Source: Acidobacteriota bacterium (GTDB lineage: Bacteria; Acidobacteriota; Thermoanaerobaculia; Gp7-AA8). From it: DNA of 64,000 bases. Of the stretch, positions 51,754-61,736 are shown one piece after another. Every line of letters begins with the position of its first letter. The first letter of the stretch is position 1. Under the pieces are notes generated by a model. The model was not told where the DNA came from, made no database searches, and saw only the letters and a list, made by a program, of their open reading frames with translations. The stretch spans positions 74,733 to 138,732 of the forward strand of contig JAFAOU010000132.1 in assembly GCA_019247495.1 (NCBI GenBank), in the 5' to 3' direction. The position numbers and the translations under genes are program-made.

Positions 51754-53530
51754 GTTTCCAGACCTCACTTTCGCGGGCAGAGCGGCGGATGAGAAGCTGC
51801 GTAAAAGAATTGGTCGATGCGAAAAGACCGAGGAAGTGGTTGATCACCGACGCGAGAAGGAACGCGCTGCCGCCGACGAATGACGCGTCGTCGAACAGCA
51901 ACTCGACCTCGGTACCGCGGCAGAAGCCCTTCCACGCGTCGCCTTCCATGCGCCGGACGACCTTGCGGTGCGACATGCGGCGAATCCCCTGGATCTGTTG
52001 ACGAAGAGCCGGCGCATCGCTGGCGCAATAGAGGCCGAGGATTTCGCGCAGCGCTTTCAGACTGTCTTCGGTCTCGCCGAGCGACAGGTAGTTGAGCGAC
52101 AGGTGCGAAACGAGCCGCCAGAGCGCCTGCCCTCCCAGCGGCGGATCGATCGGGCGCGTCGGCTTCTTGAGACAGACGATGCGCGTGACCGGCGCGGCCA
52201 GGTCCGTCTGCAGCAGACTGCCCGCCGGGATCTCGGCTGCCAGCGCTCGATTGGTGCAGAGAAGATGCGCGTAAACGATCTCCTCGGGCGGACGAGCCGG
52301 ACTGAAGTCGAGGTCGCGGAAGGAAAGCAGAACGTCCGTGCCCGACATCTCCGGATGCTGCGCCGCAACGCGCCGCGCGTGCCAGAAGGCGCGCTGGCCG
52401 CGCCGCTCCATGTCGTGCGTGAACGAGTAGAACGGCGCGTAGTCGCGCGTCGGATCGGTGGGATCCGATGTGCCGGAGACGGCAACGATCGAATGGATCT
52501 CGGTGGTCTTCTCGCGGCGCAGGTCGGGGACCAGGCGGTATTCGAGCTGGCGGTGATCGACGCGAATCGGCTCGCTGGTCTTGCGGAACAGATTGACTGC
52601 CGGAGTGCAGCCCAGGCTGAAGGTCTCCGGCGTCAGCAAGAGTTTGGCGGGCGGGATTTTGTTGAGCAGGAAGAGCAGATCGACGCGCTGGCCGGTCATC
52701 AGGCCGCGCAACTTCCGCACGTCGAGGAAGTGAAATTTCTCCGGAAACGAGAAGTACTCCTGCAGCAGCCGGTAGGCGGGATGGGAGTACTTCGGATACG
52801 GGATGACGTCCTCGTCGCGGTCGAAGCCGGCAGGCACGACGGCGTCGCGCGCGATGTCGCGCGGCACCTTCGCCCCGGCCGGAAGGATGGCGACGCGAAC
52901 GAGATCATTCATCAACAGCTCGTACAAACGCCCGACCAGCACCGGCTCACCGTGCAGATAGAAACGAAGCTTGTCGATCTCGAGCGCGCCGAACGGATCG
53001 GCGCGCGATTCGAGCCGCACTCGCAGCACCGAGGCAACGTCGGAGGCGTTGTCGAGAAAATCGAATTCGTGAGGCGTCACAAGCTCCGCCGATTTCACCT
53101 CGATCGGCCAGAGCACGGCCGGATATGCCGTCCGCATCCGGCAGACTGCGGTGCCTCCTTCCACATGGGCGAAGACCTGCGTGTGGCGCGGAACTTCGTA
53201 ACCAGTGGTCAATTTTCCGCGCTGCGGATCGACGTCGAACCGGACCACGGTCATCGACGGCACCGGATTCAGGTAGTGCGGATAAAGAACGTTCAGCAGC
53301 TCCGCGGCGATCTCCGGAAAGTCGGAGTCGAGATCGCTCTGGATGCGCGCCGTCAGAAACGCGAACGACTCGATGAGCCTCTCGACATGCGGATCGGGGC
53401 ATTCATCGCGCTGCAGTTCGAGCCGTCCCGCCACTTTCGGATACGCGCGTGCGAAGCGCTCCCCCATGTGCCGCAGATACGACAGCTCTTCGAGGTAGTA
53501 GACGAGAAAATCTTCACTCGAGGCCCGCAT
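51716..53530 (-). CDS. tssF: TssF baseplate protein
   Basis: 604 aa. N-terminal YYLEELSYLRHMGERFARAYPKVAGRL is typical of TssF/VasA. Confidence 0.9.
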   Translation of the reverse strand: MRASSEDFLVYYLEELSYLRHMGERFARAYPKVAGRLELQRDECPDPHVERLIESFAFLTARIQSDLDSDFPEIAAELLNVLYPHYLNPVPSMTVVRFDVDPQRGKLTTGYEVPRHTQVFAHVEGGTAVCRMRTAYPAVLWPIEVKSAELVTPHEFDFLDNASDVASVLRVRLESRADPFGALEIDKLRFYLHGEPVLVGRLYELLMNDLVRVAILPAGAKVPRDIARDAVVPAGFDRDEDVIPYPKYSHPAYRLLQEYFSFPEKFHFLDVRKLRGLMTGQRVDLLFLLNKIPPAKLLLTPETFSLGCTPAVNLFRKTSEPIRVDHRQLEYRLVPDLRREKTTEIHSIVAVSGTSDPTDPTRDYAPFYSFTHDMERRGQRAFWHARRVAAQHPEMSGTDVLLSFRDLDFSPARPPEEIVYAHLLCTNRALAAEIPAGSLLQTDLAAPVTRIVCLKKPTRPIDPPLGGQALWRLVSHLSLNYLSLGETEDSLKALREILGLYCASDAPALRQQIQGIRRMSHRKVVRRMEGDAWKGFCRGTEVELLFDDASFVGGSAFLLASVINHFLGLFASTNSFTQLLIRRSARESEVWKRWRPMAGAKAVL

Positions 53531-53993
53531 GTACCTCCGCGCTGCCTTCCCTGGTCATGAGTTTGGTGGTGAAGGAAACCGGCTCGGGAACGTTTTCCGT
53601 GACCAGTACCGCTTCGATGTGGGCGACGAGCGTGAAGTCGTCGCCCGCCATCGGAGTGACCTCGACCTGCACTTCCGCCAGCCGCGGCTCGTAGATGCGG
53701 ATGGCCTCGCGCAGGATTTCAGCGAGACGCTGCCAGTCGTCGAAGTTGCGGGCGGAGAAGGTGGAGAAGTCCGGGATGCCGTAGTCGATGACCGATCGGA
53801 CGCGGCCGGCGAGGCGATGCGCCGGGATGGGGCAGCGCGTGTTGAAAAGCTGCTCCAGTTCCCGGCGCACCGATTCTTTGACTCCCCGGCGGTCGAGCGT
53901 GCGCATGGGGCGCAGCTCGCGCCGCAGAAAGCGGTCGCGATCGACCAGACGGTCGAACAACGGCATTCGGACCTCTACCTTTCGCTCGCTCAT
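53514..53993 (-). CDS. tssE: TssE (gp25-like baseplate wedge)
   Basis: 159 aa. MPLFDRL...SVRRELEQLFNTR...VIDYGIPDF pattern of the GPW/gp25 family. Confidence 0.85.
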   Translation of the reverse strand: MSERKVEVRMPLFDRLVDRDRFLRRELRPMRTLDRRGVKESVRRELEQLFNTRCPIPAHRLAGRVRSVIDYGIPDFSTFSARNFDDWQRLAEILREAIRIYEPRLAEVQVEVTPMAGDDFTLVAHIEAVLVTENVPEPVSFTTKLMTREGSAEVHAGLE

Positions 53994-54002
53994 CGCACTG
54001 GA

Positions 54003-54509
54003 TTAACTGATGGCCCGTTTCTCCAGGTCGTGTTTCGCGGGCAGATTCGAGTCGGCCTTCCCGTCCGCGTGCTTCTGATCGAGATACGTGTACTGCACGG
54101 TGCCGTAGTCGAGCGAAACGTTCTCCACCGGAATGTCGCCCGGGCCGCCCGAGACGCTGTAGTTCGAGATGACCACATGCTCCATAAGCACCTCGAGATA
54201 CTTGACCGGTTTGTTGTCGGACGCGCCGTCGGAGCGCCAGCAACTTACGGTTGCCTTGCCGATCTGCTTTCCGGACCAGCAGTGCTTGAGGATCGCGTTC
54301 GTCGCGGTGTCGAGGTACTTGGTGAAGGTGAGGTTCTGATGCGTAGCCTGCTCCACGGTACCCGCGCCCGCGGAACTGCGCGTGGGGCTGGTCGGCTGCA
54401 CGAAACCGTGACTCCACGAAAGGACTTCGATTTCCTTTTCGTGGCCTGTGGCCGTGCTGCTGGCATCGATGGCCGGCTCTTCGAACTTGATGTACATGTT
54501 ACTTGCCAT
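54003..54509 (-). CDS. hcp: Hcp (TssD) tube protein
   Basis: 168 aa. MASNMYIKFE...GHEKEIEVLSWSHG...NVSLDYGTVQYTY. Confidence 0.9.
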   Translation of the reverse strand: MASNMYIKFEEPAIDASSTATGHEKEIEVLSWSHGFVQPTSPTRSSAGAGTVEQATHQNLTFTKYLDTATNAILKHCWSGKQIGKATVSCWRSDGASDNKPVKYLEVLMEHVVISNYSVSGGPGDIPVENVSLDYGTVQYTYLDQKHADGKADSNLPAKHDLEKRAIS

Positions 54510-54531
54510 GGTTTTCCTCCGTTACTGCAGG

Positions 54532-56058
54532 TTACGCGGCCACCGGCGGCGGAAGCTCGGCCACCAGCCGGATGGATGCGGTCAACTCTTCGAGCTGGAA
54601 ATGCGGGCGCAGGAATGCGACCGCGCGGTAGGCGCCCGGTTTGCCGGGAACGTCGAAGACGTCGATGCGCGCCTCGCGCAACGGGTACTGCGCCTTCAAC
54701 TCCTGGCCGGCGTCGTCGGTGCCGAGGATGTAGGAGCTGATCCAGCGGTTCAGATGCGTCGACAGCGTGTCCTTGGTCTGGAAGCTGCCGACCTTGTCGC
54801 GGCAGATGACCTTGAGGTAATGCGCGAAACGCGATGCCGCGAGAACGTACGGCAGGCGCGCCGAAATGCGCGCGTTGGCGTTCGCGGCGTTGGTGTCGTA
54901 CACCTTCGGCTTCTGCGTGGTCTGGCCGCCGAAGAACGCCGCGTAATCGGTGCCCTTGCAGTGGCAGAGTGAAACGAAGCCGAGGCTGTCGAGCTCTTTC
55001 TCACGGCGATCGGTGATGGCCAGCTCCGTCGGGCACTTCAGAGCGATATCGCCTTCATCGGTCTTGAACGTGTGTGCGGGAAGGCCCGTGACCATGCCGC
55101 CGCCTTCGACGCCGCGGATCGCGGCGCACCAACCGTAGAGCGCAAAGGCGTTGGTGATGCGCTGTCCGAGCGCCCACGCCGCGTTGCCCCACAGGTAACG
55201 GCTGTGATCCGTTCCATCCGTGTCCTCGACCAGCTTGAAGTCCTCGGTGGGCACGGTGTTCGGTCCGTACGGCAGCCGCAGAAGGATGTGCGGCAGCACG
55301 AGCGTGACGTAGCGCGAGTCCTCCATGGCCTGGAACGAGCGCCACTTGATCAGCTCCGTGCTCTCGAACAGCTTGGCGAGATCGCGCGGATTGCCAAGCT
55401 CGGTGAATGCGTCCATGTCGAACAGGCGCGGCGACGCAGCAGCGATGAACGGCGCGTGCGCCGCCGCGGCCACGCCGGCGATCTTCTCCAGCAACGCCAT
55501 GTCCTGCGGGTGGCGTCCGAATTCGAAGTCGCCGATCAGCAGGCTGAATGGGAACCCGCCGAAGGTGCCGTACTCCTCTTCGTAGATCTTCTTGAACAGA
55601 ACGCTCTGATCGAACTCGATGGCCTGATCGAGGTCCTTGAAGATTTCCGCTTTCGTGGCGCAGAGCAGGCGCAGTTTCAGCCGCGTGCTGGTCTCGGTGT
55701 TCATGACGAAGTAGTGCAATCCGCGCCACGACGCTTCGAGCTTCTGAAAATCGGGATGATGCAGAACTTCATTGAGCTGCTTGCTCAGCAGTTCGTCGAT
55801 CCGTGCGATCTGCGCCTGGATCATGGCCAGCGTGTCGCGGCTGACCGTCATCCCTTCGTCGAGGATCTGATGCACGAACTCTCCGACGAGATCCTTGGCG
55901 CGGCCCTTCTGACTTTCGTCGCGGGCCATCTTGCCCTTCTCGACGATCTGGTCGAGCAGCGAGCCTTCGCCCGCAGCGGCTGGGGCCGCAGCGGCTTCGG
56001 AAGCTTCGGCCTCGGCTGCAGGCGCAGCCGCGGCTTCTTTTTCTTTTTTGTCAGCCAT
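54532..56058 (-). CDS. tssC: TssC (VipB) large sheath subunit
   Basis: 508 aa, located immediately after tssB. The body looks like conserved TssC (WRGLHYFV, FGGFPFSLLIGDFEF). Confidence 0.95.
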   Translation of the reverse strand: MADKKEKEAAAAPAAEAEASEAAAAPAAAGEGSLLDQIVEKGKMARDESQKGRAKDLVGEFVHQILDEGMTVSRDTLAMIQAQIARIDELLSKQLNEVLHHPDFQKLEASWRGLHYFVMNTETSTRLKLRLLCATKAEIFKDLDQAIEFDQSVLFKKIYEEEYGTFGGFPFSLLIGDFEFGRHPQDMALLEKIAGVAAAAHAPFIAAASPRLFDMDAFTELGNPRDLAKLFESTELIKWRSFQAMEDSRYVTLVLPHILLRLPYGPNTVPTEDFKLVEDTDGTDHSRYLWGNAAWALGQRITNAFALYGWCAAIRGVEGGGMVTGLPAHTFKTDEGDIALKCPTELAITDRREKELDSLGFVSLCHCKGTDYAAFFGGQTTQKPKVYDTNAANANARISARLPYVLAASRFAHYLKVICRDKVGSFQTKDTLSTHLNRWISSYILGTDDAGQELKAQYPLREARIDVFDVPGKPGAYRAVAFLRPHFQLEELTASIRLVAELPPPVAA

Positions 56059-56557
56059 TGGTCGGTCCTCCTACTGCTTCCTTGATTTTTTGCTGGCTGT
56101 CGGTGTTCTTGGCGATGTCCTGCAGGAGCACGTCGAGATCATCGTTGCCGTCGAGTTTCGCGAGCAGATCGTTGAGCCGCTGGCGGGCGTCGAACAGTTT
56201 CTTGAGCGGCTCGATCTGCTGCACGATCGCTTCGGGGCGAAGATCGTCGATCTTGCGGAAGCGCAGCTCGACGTTCATCTTGGTGTTGTCGTCCTTCAGC
56301 TGGTTGTTGACCTGAAATGCCAGGCGCGGCGCGATCGAAGCCATGACGTCGTTGAAGTTGTCCCGATCGATCTCGACGAACTTCCTGGTCTTGATGGGCG
56401 CCATCGGATTCTCCTGCTTGCCCGCCAGGTCCGACATGATTCCGACGATGAGCGGCAGTTCCTTCTTCTCGATGGCACCACCGGTCTCGACGTCATACGT
56501 GATCTGAACCCGGGGTGGCCGGATTCGCGTCAACTTCTTTTGAGTGCTTTCACTCAT
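56051..56557 (-). CDS. tssB: TssB (VipA) small sheath subunit
   Basis: 168 aa. RIRPPRVQITYDVETGGAIEKKELPLIVGIMSDL. AAGGAGGA lies upstream. Confidence 0.95.
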   Translation of the reverse strand: MSESTQKKLTRIRPPRVQITYDVETGGAIEKKELPLIVGIMSDLAGKQENPMAPIKTRKFVEIDRDNFNDVMASIAPRLAFQVNNQLKDDNTKMNVELRFRKIDDLRPEAIVQQIEPLKKLFDARQRLNDLLAKLDGNDDLDVLLQDIAKNTDSQQKIKEAVGGPTNG

Positions 56558-56631
56558 GACTCCTCCTTTTCAAGATGGGATGCGTGGAATGAATGGGCGT
56601 ACTTGAACCGAGGTCTCCTGTGTATTGGTGA

Positions 56632-57699
56632 TCACCGTCCTTTTGTCTTATCGGTTTCTTTGATTCCCAACAGCGCATAGATCGTCGCCAGATCGGCGTT
56701 CTTCGAAAGCAGTTGTTCGAGGACTTCCGCGAGAGTCATGTTTCCCCACGAGATGGCGCGGCGGACGAGAAACGGAACGGGGCTGTGCGGCTCGGTGCGC
56801 AGCAGAAAGTCGGATGCTTCGCGCAGCCGCTGGTAGGCATCGGCGCGGCTGCTGATCGGCGAGCCGGGCGCGGAAGCGATCACCGGCGTCGCAGGCGAAT
56901 CGGCGAGCGGCGGTTCGGAAACGGGATCCATCGCGGGCACCTCCTGTGAGCCGGGGCGGTCCTGCCGCGCTCGGGCGACGAATGCAGCGACGCCGGTGAG
57001 CGTGTTGCGGAGCGGCGCCAGCGACGGCGCGGCTTCATCGCCGAGGCGCGCGGACAACACCGCCTTCAACGCATCGACCGCTTCGACCGCGGCAGCGGTA
57101 TCGCGCGACAACGCCTCGAGCACGGACACGGGAGTCAGCGACACACCCGCAAGCACGCTGGCCTGCTCCGGCTCGTGACGCGCGACCTCCCAGTCTCTCC
57201 AGCAGAATGCCGCCGCGTTTTCACCGGCCGGCGCGGTGATCGGAATCGACTTCACGGTGAAGAGGAACTTTTCGGAGCCGAGCCACGCCACCGGCGCGAT
57301 GCGGGCGTCGACGCTCCCCTCATCGAACATCGGATTCACCGTGTCCCAGAACGCATCGCATAACGCGGCGATGAGCCGCAGACCGTGCGCGAGTCCGGCG
57401 AAGCCGTAGAGCTGCGCCCACGCCTCGGTCAGCCACGCGCCGAGTTGCAAATCCTTGCTGCGCGTGGCCAGCGTCTGCGAGGCCAGTGCGGCGATGCCGG
57501 GCCAGTCGGCGCGCTTCAGCTCGCGCTGCCAGACGCCCTGCGGCAGCGCGGCGTCGTCTTCTTCGCGCATCCGTTTGATGTCGTCATAAACGGCATCGAA
57601 GCGCAGCGACTCCCCGGACGGATTCTCCGCGGAAACCGGCGCGAGGAGTGCCTCGATCTCCGGCAGCGCAACCGGAAGCGTCGCCGTACGCGCGGTCAT
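56632..57699 (-). CDS. tssA: TssA (ImpA N-terminal domain protein)
   Basis: ImpA_N signature NPSGESLRFDAVYDDIKRMREEDD. The start overlaps the tssM stop (ATGA). Confidence 0.8.
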   Translation of the reverse strand: MTARTATLPVALPEIEALLAPVSAENPSGESLRFDAVYDDIKRMREEDDAALPQGVWQRELKRADWPGIAALASQTLATRSKDLQLGAWLTEAWAQLYGFAGLAHGLRLIAALCDAFWDTVNPMFDEGSVDARIAPVAWLGSEKFLFTVKSIPITAPAGENAAAFCWRDWEVARHEPEQASVLAGVSLTPVSVLEALSRDTAAAVEAVDALKAVLSARLGDEAAPSLAPLRNTLTGVAAFVARARQDRPGSQEVPAMDPVSEPPLADSPATPVIASAPGSPISSRADAYQRLREASDFLLRTEPHSPVPFLVRRAISWGNMTLAEVLEQLLSKNADLATIYALLGIKETDKTKGR

Positions 57700-60600
57700 T
57701 GCGCGCCCTCCGCGATCGCCGGCCGGCTCTCGAGCTTCGGCGCCGTGTGCGGGAAGTGCGGGACGTCGATCGGCTGCGTTGTTCCCGGCGCGAGAAGAGC
57801 CAGCCGCATGAACGCTTGCGTCGGTACATTGCCCGGTTCACCGCCGGCAACCGGCCTGGTGAAAACCTTGAAGCCGAGCGTCACCGGCTCTTCTTCGTCG
57901 TAACGCGGCAGCACCTCGGGCGGCGCGGCGTTCTCCGCCAGCGCCGTGAGCAACGCCCACTGATTGTCGTACTGGTAGGTGACCGTGCGATCGCGCACGC
58001 TCACGCCGCGCGCCGGTTGCGGCAGCACCGGCACGCGCGGGGCGTTGCTGGCCCAGCGCAGGGTGAGGCGCACGCCTTTGCCGACGCTCCAGCGAAGCAT
58101 CGGCTTCTTGTCGCGATTGGTCACCGTCTCGTTCCCGACGCCGAGCGACCAGGCGATGATCTGGTCCGCGTCGACCTCCTGCTGCCGCGCGGTGCGGAAC
58201 GACGCTTCGACGTCGTAGGCCGGCGCGACGTCGGGCTTCTGCGCGTCGAGAAACGGTGCGAAGAACGCGCGCACCGCGGTCATGTTCTCGATGAACTGCC
58301 GCGCCTGCGTGAAGCCCGGATCGGCCTCCGCGATCTTCGATACGAGCATCGGCCTGGCCGCATCGAACTTGCGGAAGAAGGCGCGCACGTCGGCCGGATC
58401 CGCCTCCAGCGCGCCGTTGTGCATCGCTCCCTCGGCAAATGGATAACGGCCGGCCAGCCGCTGATTGAAATAGTTCGCAAGCTCGGCGTAACGCGTCGAC
58501 AGATTCAGCGACGCCATGTCGTAGCAGCGGCGCGACAGATCGCGCGAAAGTCCCTGCAGCGTGCGCGCGAAGTAGCGCGTGCCGCCGCGAACGTCCGAGG
58601 GCGGCGCGGCGGCGGCGCAATCGTTCGGACCGACTTTCACCATCCGCGCGTTGATGTAGTCCTCGAGCGCGGCCACCGCATTGCCTGGCTTCTTCGCGTC
58701 GTAATCGCGAAGATCGTCGAGGATGCCCTGCCACTGCTGTGCGAGCGGCCGGACGTCGGGGCGATCGATCGTTCCCGCCTTCGTGAACCAGAGCAGAAGC
58801 GGTTGCGCGTAGCTGCGCGCCTGCGTGGCGAGGCGGGCGCGCGTGGTCTCGGTGTACGCGGTCAGTTCCGCGGCGTCTTTCGCGCCCCAGGCCGCGGGCG
58901 ACGGCGGCGCCGTTCCATCCCACCAGCCGAAGCTGCCGAGACGCGGGCGATAGGGCTGTTCGGCATCGAGCAGATCGTCGGTATTGCGCAGCAGACGAAG
59001 CGCCTCGATGGTCATGACATTCGCGACGGCGCGCCGCGAGTCGGTCGAGCCGAGACGCGAGAACGCTTCGAGCACACGATTCAGGATTTCGGTCTGTCCG
59101 CCGAACGCCGCGATGTCGCCGCGGATCTGCTCCTCGAGCATGGTCGGGCCGTTCGCCGGCGGCACCGGGGCGTAGTCCGCCGCGCCGGCCAGGAGGTCTT
59201 CCATGTCGGCGCGTGCACGGTCGCGCGCCACCTGATCGATCGAGACGCGCAGGTCGGGAGGAAACAGCTGGAGGCTCTTGTCGTGGAAGTGGTCATACGC
59301 GTCGGCCACGGCCATCACTTGATTGAGCTGCGCGTCGTTCCACACCAGCCGCACGGTGCGCGACGGATTCGCGCGGAGCTCGCGGCCCTGCGTCACATTC
59401 GAGGCCACGAAGCGCTGACCGACGAAACTGTCGATGGCGTGTTCGAGAACGAGCGACTCCTCCGACAACCGCATCTGCGGCTCCGCGTTGCGAACGGCGA
59501 GAAACGATCCAGTCAGCGGCGTCCCCGCTGCGGCGAGCGTGGAGCGGAATGCTTTCCAGCCGGAGAACCCTGCCGCCTGCACGCGTGACGAAACGGCGGG
59601 ACCGAAAAAGTTCGAATGCTCGATGGCCGGAAGGAGCGTCGAGAACGACGGTCCGAGATTGAAATCGGAGCCGGGACGAAACGCCCATTCGAGCTCCGGA
59701 CCGGAGAGCGCCGCATCGATGGCGTGCATCCGGCGCGCGATTTCTCCGACGCGCAGGGCGTCGCTGCCGCTTGGCTGACGCCAGGCGTTGGCGTCGAGCG
59801 CCGCGGCCAGTTGTTGCAGTCTTGCCTCGAATGGATTGCGCCGGTAGAGCGCGGCGTAGAAATTCGAGGCCAGCGTCTCCAGAACGGTGCGTGCCCGCGG
59901 CGCGTAGAGATCGCGGTCGAATTCTTTGTAGTGGTCAGCTCGCAGCGCGCGCTGATAGAGCTCGCCCTGCTTGTAGAAACTCGGCGGCACCGACTTGTCG
60001 ATTCCGTAGTGCACGACCTCGCCGAGATCCGGCAGCGTGCCCGATCCGGCCTTCGCCAGACGGTCGAACGTGGTCACATGTTCATCGAGCTGCCTGACGT
60101 CTTCGACGAAGCGTTGCAGCGCGACGAAATCCGGCATCCGGTCGACAGCCACGATCGGCGACGCTGCCAGGAGCTCTGTTTCGTTGGTGCCGTTGGCCTC
60201 GAACACCGCGGCGTTCTGCAGCGGCTCGATTCGATACGCGCTGTTGCTGACGAGCGCTTCCGCCTTCTTCTTCATGCCGAGGTCGACGGCCGCAAAAATG
60301 ACGTCGTTGAAGGCGACGCCGACGGCGCGATCGAGACGCTCGTCGAAGGAACTGAACCACGAGCTCGGAACCACGGCCATGCCGTAGCGGTGGAAATCGA
60401 TCGCGGCCATCTTGTCGAGCAGATCCATCGACGCCGCGGTCAGATCGGTCTCGACTTTCGCATCGCTCGCGGTCTGCCGGTGCATCCCCTGCGACGCCGT
60501 CATGAGGAACGGTTTGAGGACGGCGTTCTTGTGGTTGAGGCTTTCGAATGCCCAGACCAACGCGCTTCCACAGAGCACGAAGGCGAGAGCTGCCGCGATC

Positions 60601-61736
60601 TGCAACCGGCGCACGGTGCGGTTGCGCGCCGTCACGGTACGCGCCGTCGGCGCGGCCAGACCCGACTCTTCAAAGATTTTCATTTCGACGAGGTCTGCCA
60701 GGAAAGCCACCTTGCCCGTCGGTTTCGCTTCGGGCGACGAACCGAGCCCCTCGCGCCCGCAAAAGAAGAGGCCGCGGAAAATCAGCGAGCCGTGGTACGC
60801 GCTCGATTTGAGCAGGTTGTCGAGGCAAACGCGGACCGGTTTCGCCAGCGACGCAACGGCCAGCGGGAGGCGCAGCAGCCAGTCTGCTTCCGCGCTGCCG
60901 GCGGCAAAAACCTCCATCTGCACGTCTTCGAGGCGGCGCGTGATCGCGGTGAACGCTTCCTCGATCCAAACGCCGCGATACGCAGCGTCGACGCTGTTCG
61001 AACTCGACCAGCCGAGCATCTCGCGGCGCGCACTTTCCGGCAGACTGCTGCACAGACTTCCGAATCCCGTCAGCCGCTCGCTTCCCGTGACGATGGCGTA
61101 CACCGGCAGGCGGAAGCCGAGCTGCTGTTGCGTTTCCCACAGCCTTCGGAACAGCCGTCCCGCTCCCGCGGCCAGCTCGGCGCGCTTGATCTCGTTCGTG
61201 CTGGCTTCGATCAACTCCGCGCACGGAAACGCGACGATCACACCGTCCGCCGGACGTCTCGGCCGCAGCTCGCGCAGGTGCCGTATCGCGCTCTCCCACT
61301 CCTTGTCGTCGGAGCCGGCCAGGTCGAGCACGAGTCCTTTATTGAAGAACCAGAATCCGCGCCCCATGCCGATGTGCATCCCCGACTCGGAAGCATCGCC
61401 CCACGGCAGGTCGAGGCCAGCGCTCGAAAGAAGGTTCGCATCGCGCGACTGCGGGGCGCCAACCAGCAGATACAGCGGCACCTGATAGCGGTCGTTATCA
61501 ATGTGGTTGAACGTTTTCGCCGCGCGCCGGAACGCCTCGGGGAGGGAGACGACCATCTCCTCCTCGACCGGATCGTCGGACTCGGCAACAGGCTCTTCGT
61601 CGGGCTCGCCGGCGTCGGCAAACGTCGAGACCTTGGCTGACCGGCGCAGCACGACCACCAGCAGGATCACGATGATCAGCGCCAGCAGAAGAACCGCCGC
61701 GAGCGCGTACGGCCACATCGTGCCGAGGTCCATCAT
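57696..61736 (-). CDS. tssM: TssM (IcmF-like) membrane-complex protein
   Basis: 1,346 aa with an N-terminal TM. Size and position match tssM, and the start overlaps the tssL stop (ATGA). Confidence 0.9.
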   Translation of the reverse strand: MMDLGTMWPYALAAVLLLALIIVILLVVVLRRSAKVSTFADAGEPDEEPVAESDDPVEEEMVVSLPEAFRRAAKTFNHIDNDRYQVPLYLLVGAPQSRDANLLSSAGLDLPWGDASESGMHIGMGRGFWFFNKGLVLDLAGSDDKEWESAIRHLRELRPRRPADGVIVAFPCAELIEASTNEIKRAELAAGAGRLFRRLWETQQQLGFRLPVYAIVTGSERLTGFGSLCSSLPESARREMLGWSSSNSVDAAYRGVWIEEAFTAITRRLEDVQMEVFAAGSAEADWLLRLPLAVASLAKPVRVCLDNLLKSSAYHGSLIFRGLFFCGREGLGSSPEAKPTGKVAFLADLVEMKIFEESGLAAPTARTVTARNRTVRRLQIAAALAFVLCGSALVWAFESLNHKNAVLKPFLMTASQGMHRQTASDAKVETDLTAASMDLLDKMAAIDFHRYGMAVVPSSWFSSFDERLDRAVGVAFNDVIFAAVDLGMKKKAEALVSNSAYRIEPLQNAAVFEANGTNETELLAASPIVAVDRMPDFVALQRFVEDVRQLDEHVTTFDRLAKAGSGTLPDLGEVVHYGIDKSVPPSFYKQGELYQRALRADHYKEFDRDLYAPRARTVLETLASNFYAALYRRNPFEARLQQLAAALDANAWRQPSGSDALRVGEIARRMHAIDAALSGPELEWAFRPGSDFNLGPSFSTLLPAIEHSNFFGPAVSSRVQAAGFSGWKAFRSTLAAAGTPLTGSFLAVRNAEPQMRLSEESLVLEHAIDSFVGQRFVASNVTQGRELRANPSRTVRLVWNDAQLNQVMAVADAYDHFHDKSLQLFPPDLRVSIDQVARDRARADMEDLLAGAADYAPVPPANGPTMLEEQIRGDIAAFGGQTEILNRVLEAFSRLGSTDSRRAVANVMTIEALRLLRNTDDLLDAEQPYRPRLGSFGWWDGTAPPSPAAWGAKDAAELTAYTETTRARLATQARSYAQPLLLWFTKAGTIDRPDVRPLAQQWQGILDDLRDYDAKKPGNAVAALEDYINARMVKVGPNDCAAAAPPSDVRGGTRYFARTLQGLSRDLSRRCYDMASLNLSTRYAELANYFNQRLAGRYPFAEGAMHNGALEADPADVRAFFRKFDAARPMLVSKIAEADPGFTQARQFIENMTAVRAFFAPFLDAQKPDVAPAYDVEASFRTARQQEVDADQIIAWSLGVGNETVTNRDKKPMLRWSVGKGVRLTLRWASNAPRVPVLPQPARGVSVRDRTVTYQYDNQWALLTALAENAAPPEVLPRYDEEEPVTLGFKVFTRPVAGGEPGNVPTQAFMRLALLAPGTTQPIDVPHFPHTAPKLESRPAIAEGAQ

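Noticed and set aside
51531-51768. Longer TssG start (ORF-track 50512-51768) and the 73-aa ORF 51531-51752 as independent genes
   Set aside because: The extension is Arg/Gly-rich and crosses the inserted element. The conserved TssG N-terminus begins at the ATG at 51531. The 73-codon ORF is treated as a by-product of the duplication.
56558-56631. Sigma54 promoter upstream of tssB
   Set aside because: No TGGCAC-N5-TTGC-like motif is visible, only a good Shine-Dalgarno sequence.
57648-61640. 646-aa and 674-aa plus-strand ORFs antisense to tssM
   Set aside because: Same high-GC shadow-frame signature. tssM on the minus strand explains the region.
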